Source: Marsupella aquatica (Eukaryota; Plantae; Marchantiophyta). From it: DNA of 64,000 bases. Where the stretch lies: positions 15,251,375 through 15,315,374 of the forward strand of contig OZ316897.1 of NCBI GenBank assembly GCA_973895155.1, in the 5' to 3' direction. The notes under the pieces were generated by a model. That model saw nothing but the letters and a program-made list of their open reading frames with translations, searched no databases and was not told where the DNA came from. Made by a program: the position numbers and the translations under genes. This document shows positions 49,570-64,000 of the stretch, piece by piece; the stretch's first letter is position 1, and every line of letters starts with the position of its first letter.

Positions 49570-49795
49570 TGATGGAAGAAGTAAGAATTACCCTCCACAA
49601 CGAGCACCCTTTAGACTACTTGGGCAGCAAGAATCTGTTTGCAAATTGTGATGGAAGGAGTAAGAATGACCCTACTTGGGGCAGCAAGAATTTGTTTGCA
49701 AATTGTGATGGAAGGAGTAAGAATGACCCTACTTGGGGGCAGCAAGAATTTGTTTGCAAATAGTGATGGAAGGAGTAAGAATGACCCTCCACAAC
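49570..49795 (+). repeat. 59-bp tandem repeat (about 3.5 copies)
   Basis: gcagcaagaatttgtttgcaaattgtgatggaaggagtaagaatgaccctacttggg repeated. Confidence 0.9.
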
Positions 49796-50699
49796 AGGCA
49801 CCCTTCAGACTACTTGGATAGCAACTCAACATGAGGGAGCATAGTAGCAGCCTGTGGAGCACCATGACCATGCTGGAGTTAGGAACATGCAATGACAGTT
49901 AGTCCAGGGAGAGGGAGGGAATGGGGGCTCTGAGGTGATGTACAAGGGTGACGGACAGGGGGGCCCATTGTCCCTTTCAAATCCAGGGGGCATATTGGGG
50001 TTTATTTCCTCCAGGGACCATGAAGGTTTCCACGGGGCCATCAAATCTTCTGATGTCATTTGTGGAGCTTAAGGTTTGCAATTGTATATTTTATACCCAT
50101 CAGTTGCTTAGCCTGGAGTTTGGACTGCCCTCTTCTTTTGTGTTGATCATCTCTTTGAACTGTTTTGCATTTACTCTTGCAATTTACTTGGCCCTTTTCC
50201 CCCACTTCCAAGTGAGTCATCATTGCTTGAACTTTCAAGATCTTCAGTGGAGTATCAAAACTCGTTGATGATCAAAAATTACCAGTTGCTGTTTAATTTT
50301 CAGACAGGAGGCAGGTAAATCCCAAGCTGACTTATTGAGGAGACCGTTCAATCACAGCAATGAGTACTTACAACATTCAGAAGGTAATATATGCTGAGAC
50401 AAAACCTGCCTCAACCAATTGTTGTGCATTCAGGACTCCGCAATTCCCCAGGTCCAACAGCAAGGAAGAGAGTACAATGAATAATAGAGTTAATATAACG
50501 ATAGACATTAAAAAAATAGTTCACATGTCATCTAAAGTACTCTGATAGATTTTTCTAAAGCAAACAAAATCTCATTCATACATTCAACTGTGCTCTGATA
50601 ATGCTATTTCGGATTACTCCACAACATTTCTGCCCATTCATGCATTGTTGCTTTTCAATGGACACAACTGTCTCTTTGATTCCACCCGGGTCAAAAAGA

Positions 50700-51110
50700 C
50701 ACATGTTGCCTCCATGTTCGGGCCAGGGTTGTGCAGGACAACCTTAGATGCTGTTAAACTAGGGTTGTGCCGGAGGACCAGGTTTTCACTGGCGGACACA
50801 TTGTTGACTTGTCAGAAACCACAAATGACAACTTGACTGGTCAAAAATGGGTCATTTGTCGGATCTTCCTCTATATTCCCCAGCCAGGATGAAAATTTCC
50901 CAAATTATCCCCAGCCTGGTCCCAGACTCTCCCAAACCCTCCAGCCCCTCCCTGGCCCGGCTAGCCCCAGCTGCCGGCCCGACCAACCCCCCGACTCATC
51001 CGGCTGCCCAACCAACCCTAAAACCCCCCCCCCCCCCTCCCCCCAGCCCGACCCGCCACCCTCCCGGCCCAACTCTATAATTCGGCCTGGATCAACCGGG
51101 GCAACATATT
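50700..51110. mobile_element. Probable MITE with C-rich interior
   Basis: Imperfect inverted ends ATGTTGCC..CCAGG / CCTGG..GGCAACAT; no clear TSD. Confidence 0.4.
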
Positions 51111-51261
51111 TTATTTGTCAGACCCAGAGGCCCTATTTGTCCGACAGGGTCAGAGGATTTTTCTTTGTCATCACACATGAGTAGAGCACACACAACAAGC
51201 TGCGACTCACATCTTCAATCACTTTTTTTCCTAGATCTCTTCAACCAAGACACGCTATAAG

Positions 51262-51563
51262 CAATGGGATAGGGGTCTCAGTCCCACAACATAAATGCTT
51301 CCATCAGCTATAGTAAAATCTGAGGTACAAGATTCTGTAATCGTACATTGGTTAATTGTTATTGAGAAGCCGCACCTTATTATTGTCAATTGACACAAGG
51401 CCAGCCATCATCAATGGGATAGGGGTCTCAGTCCCACAACATAAATGCTTCCATCAGCTATAGTAAAATCTGAGGTACAAGATTCTGTAATCGTACATCC
51501 GTTAATTGTTATTGAGAAGCCGCACCTTATTATTGTCAATTGACACAAGGCCAGCCATCATCC
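51262..51563 (+). repeat. Near-perfect tandem duplication of about 151 bp
   Basis: caatgggataggggtctcagtcccac...ccagccatcat occurs twice with about 2 mismatches. Confidence 0.95.
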
Positions 51564-52203
51564 TCAAACTGGTGCGGCTGCAAAATGAGCCAGATGACTA
51601 ATAATTAGGAAACCTAGCTTATGTAGACACTACTAGCTTTGTTGATAAAGTTCCAATTCACAAAAATAGAGTTTCTCCATGGTGAGTGGTGCTACAGCAG
51701 GCAGGTGAATGATCAGCCCCCAGTTTGCTTCTCTTCATGTGATATACAAAATTTCAGATTTCATCTGAGAAACGGAACCCATTCACCTGCCGGCCAAAAC
51801 ATCAACCGCCCTCGTATACAGTTGGACTATAGATGGGGATAAAGTTAGGACCATAGAGAGATCGAGAGAACTCAATGGTCTTGAGTAATTCAGAATGTAG
51901 TGCTCTGTGCAGGAGAGAGATCCTTTGCAACCTACCTCATTGTGAGTGGGTGCATTGGCATGGTCACAAACAAAAACCAATTTCGAGTAATTTCTCCACT
52001 GCTCTGCATTGCATGGAATGAAACCCAATGGCACTGCCGCAACGCTTTCCAGATACAAGATGAACGACCCATCACCCACTTATGGGTAGTAGAAACTAAA
52101 TCAGCAGCCTAGCCTCTAAAGACTTAGTGAGCTGCTGACGACCTCTCCATGCGAGGACACGCAGGCCGTGGAGCTGCAGCGATTCATATTTGGCAATCTC
52201 GTG

Positions 52204-52356
52204 TCATTTAGGAAAGTCATTTGCGAAAGTCTTCCTATACTTGAGCTTGATCCAATTCCACCCTGACTTGAGTTGGGTCTTAATCTTGTACTCGTACTCA
52301 TATCGGCTGTACTTCCATACCCGTTTCGACCGCGCAGTGTCTTTGCCGCGATCCAT
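52204..52356 (-). CDS. Small DUF3511-like plant protein (50 aa)
   Basis: MDRGKDTARSKRVWKYSRYEYEYKIKTQLKSGWNWIKLKYRKTFANDFPK* fits the DUF3511 pattern R(K/R)RVAxYKxYxxExKxKxSLxxxFxWIK. Below the length cutoff of the ORF track. Confidence 0.75.
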   Translation of the reverse strand: MDRGKDTARSKRVWKYSRYEYEYKIKTQLKSGWNWIKLKYRKTFANDFPK

Positions 52357-55300
52357 GATGCCTTGTTACACTACTACTGTAGCCTTCCTGTTCTCCCAAG
52401 TAGACAACTCCTTCCAAAGCAAAAATGGTGATTTAGCTGAGTACGACCATGTGCGCCCTTCCCCCACGTTTTCCAACCTTCCTCGGGATCGAAGTTCTTT
52501 CCCTGTTGAACAATCAACCCATGAAGATCTTAGGAGCCCTTTCATCTCAATCGCAAGACAGATATTCCCGACGAAGGCAAAGAGGAAAGTGAAAAAACTA
52601 TTAGAATTTGTTCCCCCTGCATTCAGGAGTCCTAAGATAGGATAGCAGTAGCACTACTTTACACAGTCGCCAAGAGGCTACGACAAAAGAGATTGATGTG
52701 GTATGTTAGCACAAAGCCTCTCAGATGACAACTGAGAGGGAAGTCCCATTTCACTAAGGTCCTTATTGCTAAATTTTACGGTGTGTGGTCTGCCTCAGAC
52801 CTCAAAGAAGTTGGCAACGAGACTACACACAGAGAGGGGAGGGATCAATGGACGAGAGACATTCGGAGATGTGGCCGGCCTTAGGCCTCAATAAACTGAC
52901 CATCCATAAAGTCAACCCAATCACGCTAGGTTGTGTTTGTCGCCTTCATGCTTTCTCGTTCTCTGTTTTGCCATCACCAAGGCTACAGCAGCAATGGAAG
53001 ACGGGAACCTCTCGGACCAAACTTTACTTAACTACTAGACGAAGAACTTCCCAAATAGGAAGCATGCTACTAAGCTTTCAGGCAGTCCAGATCCCTCCCC
53101 AAACTTTTGCAACAGCCTCACTTCGTGGCTCAGAAATGTCCACTGCCGAGAACAATTGAAAGGCTGCAGTGGAGATATACCCATATTCACATCGTTTGGA
53201 CAGTTGTTGACATGACAAAGAGAGACAAAGGGAACCAAGCGACAGCCAGACAGACCCAAGAGAGAGAGAGAGAGAGGGTAATTGCAATCCACGGCGAGCA
53301 TGAATAAGCGTAGCAAAACTAGAGTTGATCTAAGTAGGGTTCCAAAGTAAGCTGAAAGACATGATTTGTTTGTCTAAGAAAAACGAAATCGCTAACTATG
53401 CGTCAGGGTCTATCTATGTCGCTACCCCTTCCCAAACTGAATTGAATCAAAACTGCCGATGCGAACAAACCGCAGTACTCAAGACTCAGGAATTATTGCT
53501 TACAATCGAACTAAGTATCCGTCCGAAACAGGGGAGGCACAGAGTCCAAACCTGAAAAGAGCAATAAAACATTCTTCATTAGTTAGGAATCCAGTCCGTG
53601 AACGACTGTCCATCACTGTAAGTCAAGCAGACGAGACCAATTCCAGCAGTTAGTTCACTGCCCCACTGACGTTTGACCACTAGCTGCTGGACACTGATAA
53701 CCCTCTAATACTTCATGTATTGGAATCCCCAACGATTCACTCCTTTCCGCACATCCTCCACGAGATAGAAGTTACTTCGCTAATCAACCTATTATCCACC
53801 CGAGCTCACGCTGTCCTGGTAGACGGATTTCCCAAAATCACCTCACAACTTAAGATTATGATGACCTCACAAACTACGAGCATAGCAACCGATACGAACT
53901 CAAAATTTCTCATAGAAATGCACGCCATGCTACAACATGAACAGATGATGACCTTCTCACCAAGCCCCAAGCACCAATTGACCAGCTTCCGTCCTTTTTC
54001 GTAGATTGAGGAACAAATATCTTCTTCAAAGGAGAATATTCAATTTGATGCAAAACAGACGAGAAAAATACGAGAAAAATCCTCGACCCTCACTGTAAAT
54101 CCTGCTCTGAACGTGGAAGTGAATGCAAAAACGTAATCTCTGTCATATGCCGCAAAACCCACAGCAGTTGTTGCTCACCTTTCTCGTATGCTTCCCTTGC
54201 TCCTCTGGCTTGCTTGCTAGAATGCTCACTAGTAGGAGTTTCTATGTCCTCGTCCCAGAGCAGCACACACTACTTGACCAAGGCTCCTGTACAGGAAGTG
54301 TCAATCAACAGCTCCAAGTACACACACAAAATACATGCTAGCACCGCCCATCTACGCGAATTAGTGTATGACCACAAAGTTTCCAATCAAGCTGGGTGGT
54401 GCTTGATTTGAAAATCCGATCCTGTTGCTGCTGCTTCTCATCAATCGAGGAGAAGCTCTGATAACTAAAAATTCCCCCGTGATTCTCTCTTCGCTTCCTT
54501 TCTCCAAACGTCGAACTCAAGCCTGATCTTCTTTCCTGCCTGCCAACCCTCCCGCCCAGGGAAAGTTCTGGCCCTCTTTCTCGGGAGGTTTGTGGTGGAT
54601 CTAGCGAGATAGGAGCCTAGATTGGGGGAAGCTGATCAGGAGCAGCCGATGCAGGCACCTGTGGGCTCTACTCTAGCACAGCACAGCTCAAAAGCTCGTG
54701 GTAAAGGTGAAGCTTCGGCTCCCTTTCCTGCCAGCTCTAGGACCTGGGCACTCTCAAGTCTCAAGCTTACAGATGGAGATGGAAATTTAAATATAAGGAG
54801 ACGAAAGAGTAGTAAGTGCACATGCAAGCAGAGAAGGGACCCAGTCACATGACAGATCACCATGATGAATCCTACACGGCTACACAGGTACTTTTCCTGC
54901 GAGTGGTGGTGTGGAAGAGTTTCTACTTGACAACACTCTTTCTCATTATCATCACAACTTCACAAGCCTTCATCTATCTACTGCTCGACAGTGTGGTGTA
55001 CATGTAAAGCCAATAGGACAAAACCCAATCTGATCCATTCAGAATGTGTGAAGTGGTATCTCCCATGCCCTCAACATCCACCAGGGAAAACGTTAGTGTT
55101 GATCAAAACCAGTAAAGCCAAGAAAGTAACAACAAGATTTGGTTGTCCTGATTATAGAATAATTAGTAACAACGAGCCCTATGCCTGTGCGTTGCAAGGT
55201 GCAAAGAGGGCCGGCCCATAGGGAGTCCGGCTGGGGCATTTATGGGGCAGCGGGAAGCACAAATTCAACAACTATGGATCTTTCCCGCCTAGGAACCTTT

Positions 55301-55502
55301 TTTTATTGGGATGAAGGACAAAAAAAGACAGGATCCCTTTTTATAGTTGTAGATGGTAACTATGGTAGTTAATGATTGACATGACTTGACTCATGCCCAG
55401 GTTCTCACCAAGCATTTCATCTGTACATACTAGATCTAACAATTGAGATTTTTGCATACAAGATCCAGCAGTAATATATGTGTCACCTACTAAAAGAAGC
55501 TA

Positions 55503-55979
55503 CACTGATTACCGTAATTAATCTCACACACAGTATTTGGGAATAAAGGTTTTTGAAAGTTGTCACCATAATTAATGTGTGTGAGACTATATAAGAAATG
55601 AGACTAAATACATGTTATTCTAAATTAGAGTAAGTGAGATTATTTTTGGTGACACTCAAATAGTGTGTGATGAACACATATTATGTATATAGCTTATGAA
55701 AAGTACAAATATTTCTAGTAATAAGATATATTTGCAATGGCATATAAAATTAAAAATGAATGTCAATTGAAAGTCAGATTTTATTAAACTATGATGAAAT
55801 GAAAACCAGGTTATAAATACAATCAAAATCAAATTAGAACTAATGACAATAGACTGAACTCTCTACTTGTACTAATATTTATATTTTTTCAGATTTGTAG
55901 TCACACCCTTATTAGTGTGTGTGATACTATTTATGCAGGGAGACTATATAAGTTATGATACTAATTACAGTAAACAGTG
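55503..55979. mobile_element. Tc1/mariner-type (TA-TSD) MITE
   Basis: TA|CACTGATTACCGTAATTA ... TAATTACAGTAAACAGTG|TA. A related partial copy starts at 63463. Confidence 0.8.
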
Positions 55980-56877
55980 TATCTCAATTTGCCTTTATCA
56001 CTGCTTGTGACATTCACTAAAAATACCATGTCACCTACGGCACCCACCACAAAACCAATTCCCCATCTCTGCCAATCAATTAGACTTTTTCATTTTACAG
56101 TCTCTCTAACTGCACAATCCAAAACGGCCTGGGAGCACAATCCAAAACGGCCTGGGAGATAGATTGTGGGACCATGAAAAGAAAGAGGGGGATTGCCACA
56201 TAGAAGGTACACATCAGCTTATTTTTTAAGTGCAAATTTTAGCCAAATTCCATCTCCCCAAAAAGTGTTAGCCACTTTTGGCTAACATTCGCATATTATT
56301 AGTGTTTAGATTTATAGTGAATTCTTTCTAAGTGCACACTCTATAGTGAAAACCTTGGTATTGCAAGGTATCCCATTTCCCCCATATTGGCCCCACAAAT
56401 TTGCTCTATTTTTTAAGTGCAAACAGGGGTCCACTAAAATGACAAATGTATGATGCAAACGTATATAATAAGCGTTAATCCACATGTATGGCTAAGCGCA
56501 CAATTCCTTTGACTTACACTTATGGACAAATGAAAGTCGTTTAAGTAGAGCCAACTTTGCACTTATGAGGCAGTTGATCATGTTTGGGGCAGCAATGCAT
56601 ACAAATAGTAGGGAAGCCTCAAGAATATCGAGTACAAGATGGCCATTCCTTGTCAAGGCACTCTAGCTCTCATCCATAAATGCAAACTCCAATTGTTTGC
56701 ACTTATGACGTAGTTTGAAGCCTAGTTAAAAGCACAACTGCCCCTTCAAGAGCTATAGGTTACCCATGGGAACTAAACTTCACTAGGAACAAAAATAATA
56801 ATCTGAAATTGTGGAGCAGCACGTTAGAGGAAAAAAATGAGTGAAATGTGGAGAATGTTGGACACTTCCCCTGATAT

Positions 56878-59800
56878 TGTTGGGGATAATCCCTATCCCG
56901 ACACACCATGCACATGTGAACACCATACAAAGTAGTCGACACAACAAGTACGTGGTTCACCTCATGACCGAGGCTACGTCCACGGGAAAGCAATAGACCT
57001 TTACTTCTCTCTTGCCCAACTCCAACAATGAACTGAAGATCCACCAGGGACCGGCACCAGCCTGGCTAAATACACAACAGCACTACCGCTAACCTTAGCT
57101 AAGTCCTAACCTGAGTTAGCCTAATTGTGGTTAGCTCAAGAGTCACAAGACTAAGAGCAATACCTAACAAACTCCCCCTTGACTCTTGTCTTGGGGACTG
57201 GACTAATTGCTACCATATGGAATCCTCAACGGGAAGTTCTAGACAATCACCTAAACAGGTCTCCCCCTAAAAACCACAAGGGTTAACTAAGGGTTAACTA
57301 GAACTAAGCCATAGCCAAACTGGAATGAGTAATCCATATACAAATAATCACAACCTTGCTAAATAACTCTACTTGTGCTACAACTGCAAAACCTGCAAAG
57401 TAGCACAGTGTCTTGAGAAACTTTCCAAAGGAATGACTTTGGTAAAGGCATTAGCGGGATTGAGTTTTCCATCAATCTTAACTAGCTCAAAAGTTTTGTC
57501 AGACACTGTTTGCCTGATAAAATGGTACCTAATATCAATGTGCTTCACCCTGTTATCCATCACCTGGTTAGCAGCCAAGTGAAGAGCACTCTGACTATCA
57601 CAGTTTAGAGACATTTTGCCATGCTCTAAACCCATCTCTGTGATCAACCTGTCCAACCAAATTGCTTCCTTTGCCGCTTCTACTGCTGCAACATACTCTG
57701 CTTCTGTAGTAGACTAAGAGATACACTTCTGCAAGGTAGACTTCCAACTGATACATCCTCCTCCAAGAGTAAATACATACCCAATTGTAGATCTCTTTGT
57801 ATCCAGACAGCCTCCATAGTCAAAATCTACATAGCCAACCAACGCAGTGGTTCTATCTGATCTGCCATCAAATAGTAATCCATAGTCCTGTGTTCCCTTC
57901 AGGTACCTGAGAATCCATTTCACAGCTTCCCAATGTACCTTCCCTGGATTTGACATGAATTTGCAAACCTTGCCCATTGTTAGGGCCAAGTCAGGTCTAG
58001 TACAAGTCATCAAATATATCAGACTGTCTACTGCCTTCTCATAAGGAATCTTAGCCATCAGACCTTCTCCTTAGCATCTGTATGAGAGAAAGCCGATGAT
58101 TACTTGAAATATGAAGCTAAAGGAATACTCACTGGCTTACAATCCTCCATGTTGAATCGTTGAAGTACCTTCCTCGCATACTTGCCTTGATTCAAGCACA
58201 ACTATCCAGTATCAGAGTTCCTAAAAATCTTCATTCCTAAGATCCTCTTGGCCTTACCAAGATCCTTCATCTTGAATTCAGAACTCAAAATTTTTGCCTT
58301 GAGTCTGTCAACCTCAGATTGATCTTTAGCCACAATAAGCATGTCATCCACATAGAGAACCAGAATGATGAAACCAAACACATCATTTTTGACTGATTTC
58401 GTATACACACAAGGATCATACACCATCCTTGTAAAACCTTGAGCAAACATGAAATCATCAAACCGCTTGTTCCACTGTCTAAGAGCTTGCTTCAATCCAT
58501 ACAAGGACTTGAGCAATCTGCAAACTAAGTTCTTTTGGCCCTTCTTCATAAAAGCCTACTAGCTGTCTCATGAAGATCATCTCTTCCAAGTTGTCATAGA
58601 GAAAAGCAGTAACAACGTCTATCTAATCCATCACCAGACCAAAAAACACAATGTTCAAGTTGACACAAGATCCGAATTGTGGAATACTTAGCCACCGATG
58701 AAAAGACCTCATTATAATCCACTCTTTCTCCTGAGTGAATCCTTTGGCAATAAGCCTTGCCTTGAAGATCTTGTCTCCACCCTTTGAAGGACTGTCTTTC
58801 AAATTGTCCACCACTTGCTGACCTCTTGGAAGCTCCACCAACTCCCATGTCTTGTTGTCACTCAAAGATTGTAACTCCCTCTGCATTACTGCATTCCACT
58901 CATGCTTCTGCTTTGAAGCACAAGCCTCACTGTACGAAGAAGGCTCTCCTTCTTCCAAGATCAAAGCCATATCATCTTCATCAGGTGCAATGTCAATATC
59001 ATCTAGCTTAGATGAGTCTGCCCATTGACCATACTTGGTAGGAACTCTAGTAGAACGACTGGAAGTTCGTCTAGTAAATGATTCAGACTGATCTGCTGCT
59101 GCTGCTGGCTGAATTTGAGGTACCCCAACAACAATTTGCTCCTCTTGTTCCATCATAGGAACCAGCTCCATGCCCGAAGCTTCTACATCTCTCCTATCAC
59201 GAATATCATCATGATTAATCTCCCCCTCAACCCGGTCCAGGATGGAAGATTTCCCCTTGTCAATATGGGAGTCCTAAGAATTCTCCCCCTCCTTTGATGA
59301 TCTGGATTCATTAAAGGACACATCTCTACTGACAATTAGCTTACAGGTTACTGGATCCCATAACCTATAACCCTTCACACCTTTCTAATAGCCAAGGAAA
59401 ATGCACTTCTTCGACTTGGACTCCAACTTGGATCGAAGCTGGGAAGGTGTAAGCACATAAGCATCACATCCAAAAATCCTCAGATGTGAGTAATCTGCTG
59501 GACGCCCGTACCTCATTTCAAATGGCGTCTTGAATCCAATAGAACTTGTTGGAGAGAAAGTTACCAAATAAGCTGCAATGTTGACAGCTTCAACCCAAAA
59601 CTCATGTGGTAAGCATGATTGACTCAACATACTCCTCGAGCGTTCCAATAGTGTTTGGTTGAGCCTCTCAGAAACATCATTTTGCTGAGGAGTATAACTT
59701 GTTGTGAGATGGCGTGTAATCCCCTGCTCCTTACAATATGTTCCAAATTCACCGGAACCGTATTCACCGTCGTTATCCGATCGAAGATATCTCACCTTAT

Positions 59801-62800
59801 TACCATGCTGATTCTCAACTTGGGCTTTCCATTCCTTAAAAGTGGCAAAAACATCAGACTTAGTAGAAAGTATATCCATACATACCTTGAGTAATCGTCT
59901 ATAAACGTGACATAGTATAACCATCCAGAGTGTGAGGGAGTAGGGGCTGGTCCCCACACATCACTATGTACATACTCAAGTACCTCCTTGCTGATGTGAG
60001 TTTCAACTCCGAAGGGTTTCTTGTGCTGCTTCCCAAGCACACAATGCTCACAGAAATCTAACTTACTAGATTGCAAATTAGAAATCAAACCTCTTTTCAG
60101 AAGTACAGTCAAACCTTTTTCACTCATGTGACCTAGTCGGAAGTGCACAGCCGGGCGGTCTCCTCATGAGATAAGGTTACATTGGCTTCATCACATACTA
60201 CTCTACCCTCCAAAACATACAAATTTTTGTGCCTCTTTCCCTTCAACACAACCTTAGTACCGATTGAAACCTGAAGGACACCATTAGCAGAACTCCACTG
60301 ATGGCCATTTGCTTCTAACATTCCAAGTGAAATGAGATTTTTCATCATGCCAGAAATATGTCTCACATTCCGCACTGTTCTTACAACACCATCAAACATC
60401 TGTAATCTCACAGATCCAAGTCCAACTACTTAGCATGGGATTCTATTTCCCATCAACACTGAACCGTTGGAAATTGTGTAAGAACTGAAAAACTCTCTCC
60501 TATAGCAAATGTGAAAGGTACAAGCTGCACTATCTAGTATCCAACTATCATCTCCCTGATGTGATACTACGTTGAGGGCAAAGTAATGGCATCACAAAAT
60601 ATCATCATCGAGTAAATCTACCTCATGTGCGCTGGATGCCGCATTAGCTGATGGGGTAGAGTCCTTTACCCGACAATCTCTCTTCATGTGGCCTGGCTTG
60701 CCACATTTCTAACATGCAAGAGGCAACCTCTCTTGCGATTTTCCTCTAGATTTAGATCTCCCCTGTGTTGTAGATCTAAATCTGTTCTGCCCATTCGTGC
60801 GCTGCGCTGGTCTTCCACGATTCACGTTCAACATAGTACCAAAAGAAGATGATGCCTGTGCTAGACCCAGCTTCTTCTGAGCATCATCAGACAATAGAGA
60901 GCTCACCACCTCATCATACGAAATGGACTTCAGATCTCTGTACAAGAGCACCTATTTCAAGCCCTGATAAGATGGCGGTAAGGAGCTTAGCAAAAGCAAG
61001 GCCTTATCCTCATCTTCAACTCCCTTACCCAGGTTTGATAGATCCACCGCCAGACTGTCAAACTCATCTAGGTGATCCTACAGCTTGCTCCCTTCCTTGA
61101 GCCTGAGGCTCATCAAGAGAGACTTCTTGTACAGCCGGTCTGATGCATCTTCCCGGTAGTACTTTTGTCTAATGGCCTTGAAGAGTGATGCGCAATCCGT
61201 ATAATCATCCAGCTTCTTGATGATATGCGGCTTGAGGTAAAGCATCACCGCATTGACAGCAATCACATGCTCATGTCTCCACTGCTTCATAGAAATTTTC
61301 TCCTCTCCATCATACTGCTCTCGCGTAGAGAGGAGATGATCTAAGCCCATGGCACGAAGAACACCCTTTACTTGCTTCTCCCATAGCAAGTAATCAGTAC
61401 GGCCATCGTACTTCTCCACCTCAAACTTCCCTCCTCCAAATCTCGCAATCTCTCTCTTCTTCCCAACTACCGACAGCTCTAGTAGTAGAACAGCTTCCTC
61501 CACTGCACGTCATACCGGTGATCGTACCGGTGATACTTGTTCCTCCTCAAACAGTACCAGCTCCTCCTCAGACTCTCCATCTGACCGTCGCAAACCTGAA
61601 GCTCCACCAACATCGATTCTTCCAGTATTCTCCGAGTCACTCATATGAGAAAATCATGAAAAAACATATTTTTTCAAAACTTCTCATAAAACTCAGAACT
61701 CAACACCGCCGCACAGCCCACGTAGCTAGGAGTCCAAAACTAAAAACAAAAATTGAAAATGAACTTTGACAAAAAAGTTATTCAGATTTCGGTCGGGGTG
61801 AGTAAAACCATGGAAAACTCCCCCGTTTTGACCACCTCCGAGAATCTCCGAAATGTGAATGGGCAATTGATGTCGGAATTCGAATGGAGTGCGGCACCGC
61901 ATAGCTAACTCGAATAGCTACCACCTCTCCAAAAACAACCGGAAAAAGTTATTGTTTCCCGGTATGAATTTTTGTCGTACGGCCGAAAACATGCTCTCTA
62001 TTTTTTTTGGAATATTCCCACACAGTACAACAAGGCTCACAGGGGGCTGTTCCCCCTATCAAAGCGGTTGAAACAGAGGGTCACAGGGCCCGGGATGCGG
62101 CACAACCAATGAGGAGGAGGAGAGAAAAAAATGAGAAAAAAAGCACTTTAAAGGGGTCTTAAAGCCCCTGGAAAAAATGCGCTTATGCGCACAAATTTGC
62201 GGCCAGAAACACGTATAAACACCAAAAAACGGGGTTAAAACATATTTTCGCGTATTTGGGCCATATAAGGGCATTTTTGGCTGTATTCGCGCCAAAAATG
62301 CATGTTTTCGCACTTAAAGGGGTGTGGGGGGCCGGGGCATATGGCGAAGCTGGTTTGTCGGGGTGTGAAGGTATGCGGGCCGTATGGGGGCAAAAAAATG
62401 CCCTAAACTAACCTAAAAATGTGCCAAAAAATGACACAAATGTCGTGTTACAAACCTCAGTCGCCTCCACTTTGGTTTCCAATGAGAAAAGTGATGACCA
62501 TTGACATGAAAATGTTGTCGAATTGCATTGGCAAGTCTGCAGCTCCACCAGAGAAGAAAACCTCCGCAGCGTCACACTCTCTCCGCGTCAAGAGCCAATC
62601 CCGGACTCAAAATGATTGCCTCACCACGATCTCTCCGTTGAGCCTCAGCACTTCAAGTTTCCTCCATCGAGTTGAACGCAACGACGAGAAACCTAGTTTA
62701 GGCAAAAACAAACTCCATAGCTTGCCAAAAAACCAGAAAACGACTTTCACTCGTCATGAATCACTTGGTCCACGTTCAGGAGCAAATCAACTACCGAAAC

Positions 62801-63430
62801 GATCAGCTCGTCTCAATCTACAAGCGGAGCAACACCATGCGATACCTCGTGCACCAGAAAGCTCACACCAACGAGAAAATGAACTCTGGTCCCAACACCA
62901 AAAAACCGTCGAACACGAAACTCCACAAAAAAAATGATTTTTGCGATTACTTCTCATTCAGAAATATCATCGATGATTTCTAACCGCCGTTAAAAAGCCC
63001 TCACAATGATCTATCCGATGAGTCCCCCTCAAACAAGTTTCATGTGACTAAACCCCCCCGGGATCTTCAGACCGTCGATTACACAAGAAAACTCTTGTCA
63101 CCACGATGTCACCTCCCAGGCATGCTCTGATACCACTTGTTGGGGATAATCTCTATCCCGGGACACCATGCACATGTGAACACCATACAAAGTAGTCGAC
63201 AGAGCAAGTACATGGTTCACCTCATGACCGAGGCTACGTCCACGGGAAAGCAAGAGACCTTTACTTCTCTCTTGCCCAACTCCAACAATGAACTAAAGAT
63301 CCACCAGGGACTGGCACCAGCTGTGGCTAAATACACAACAACACTACCACTAACCTTAGCTAAGTCCTAACCTGAGTTAGCCTAACTGTGGTTAGCTCAA
63401 GAGTCACAAAACTAATAGCAATACATAACA
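56878..63430 (-). mobile_element. Full-length, decayed Ty1/copia LTR retrotransposon
   Basis: LTRs 56878-57169 and 63138-63430 (TG..CA), 5-bp TSD GATAT, PBS TGGTATCAGAGC (63135-63124), PPT next to 57169. Gag-PR-INT-RT-RH fragments in copia order (HSDVWGP, LRSDN, KSLYGLKQA, LYVDDM, KHIDIRYH) with stops and frameshifts. Confidence 0.97.
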
Positions 63431-64000
63431 GATATATGGGTAAGTGGTTGTAGTGCACACTACACTGTTCATCGTAATTAGTGTGACTAACACTAATTTG
63501 AGAGCGCCCATTTTCAGGGTCTACTCGCGAATTAGTGTTAGTCACACTAATTTTATGCTAACACTATTTTCGCGCACATGAATTAATGTTATTATGGTCT
63601 TAAAAGTGTCAATATAGAGTAAAAAAAACTATTTTGATAAATTCACAACAATTAATGTTACTTTGGACTAAAGATTAGCCATTTTTTACAAGCAATTTAT
63701 ACTAAAGTGAACAAAATCTGTTTTGGAAACCAACAAAAATTAATGTTACTTGGGCTCAAAATCATTTTTATCAAAAAGTAACACTAATTATATACTAACA
63801 TTAATTCTTGCATAACACTAATTTGTGTAGATACTTTTAGGGGAATGTGCAATTATAGAGGGGACGACTGTTCAACCTAAATTTACAGGACAGTCCCTAT
63901 GACTGCGACCTCCTTTGCGTATCTTTCCTAAATCAGTAAATCTGGTAAATATGGCCATCAGTCATCAGTGCATCACCTTATAAAGGTACTGTAACGAACG

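Overview
Eukaryotic, intron-containing DNA from a land plant, most likely a non-seed plant (bryophyte, lycophyte or fern; inferred). Host genes: 60S acidic ribosomal protein P3, whose single intron holds two copies of a snR30/U17-like H/ACA snoRNA; an F-box/LRR protein; a FAM136A/DUF842 protein; an 11-exon, about 1228-aa gene fusing two GT49 (LARGE/B4GAT1-type glucuronyltransferase) domains to a PL14-fold domain that appears to lack its catalytic residues; biotin-protein ligase (HCS) with a long, internally repeated N-terminal extension; and a 50-aa DUF3511-like small ORF missed by the ORF track. Mobile DNA: a 5'-truncated CRE-like RLE non-LTR retrotransposon, a full-length decayed Ty1/copia element, several MITEs, and an 8.3-kb PIF/Harbinger (Pangu-like) transposon with extra cargo ORFs, whose transposase is split by a non-autonomous Helitron. 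All gene models and alignments were made by eye; no searches were run.
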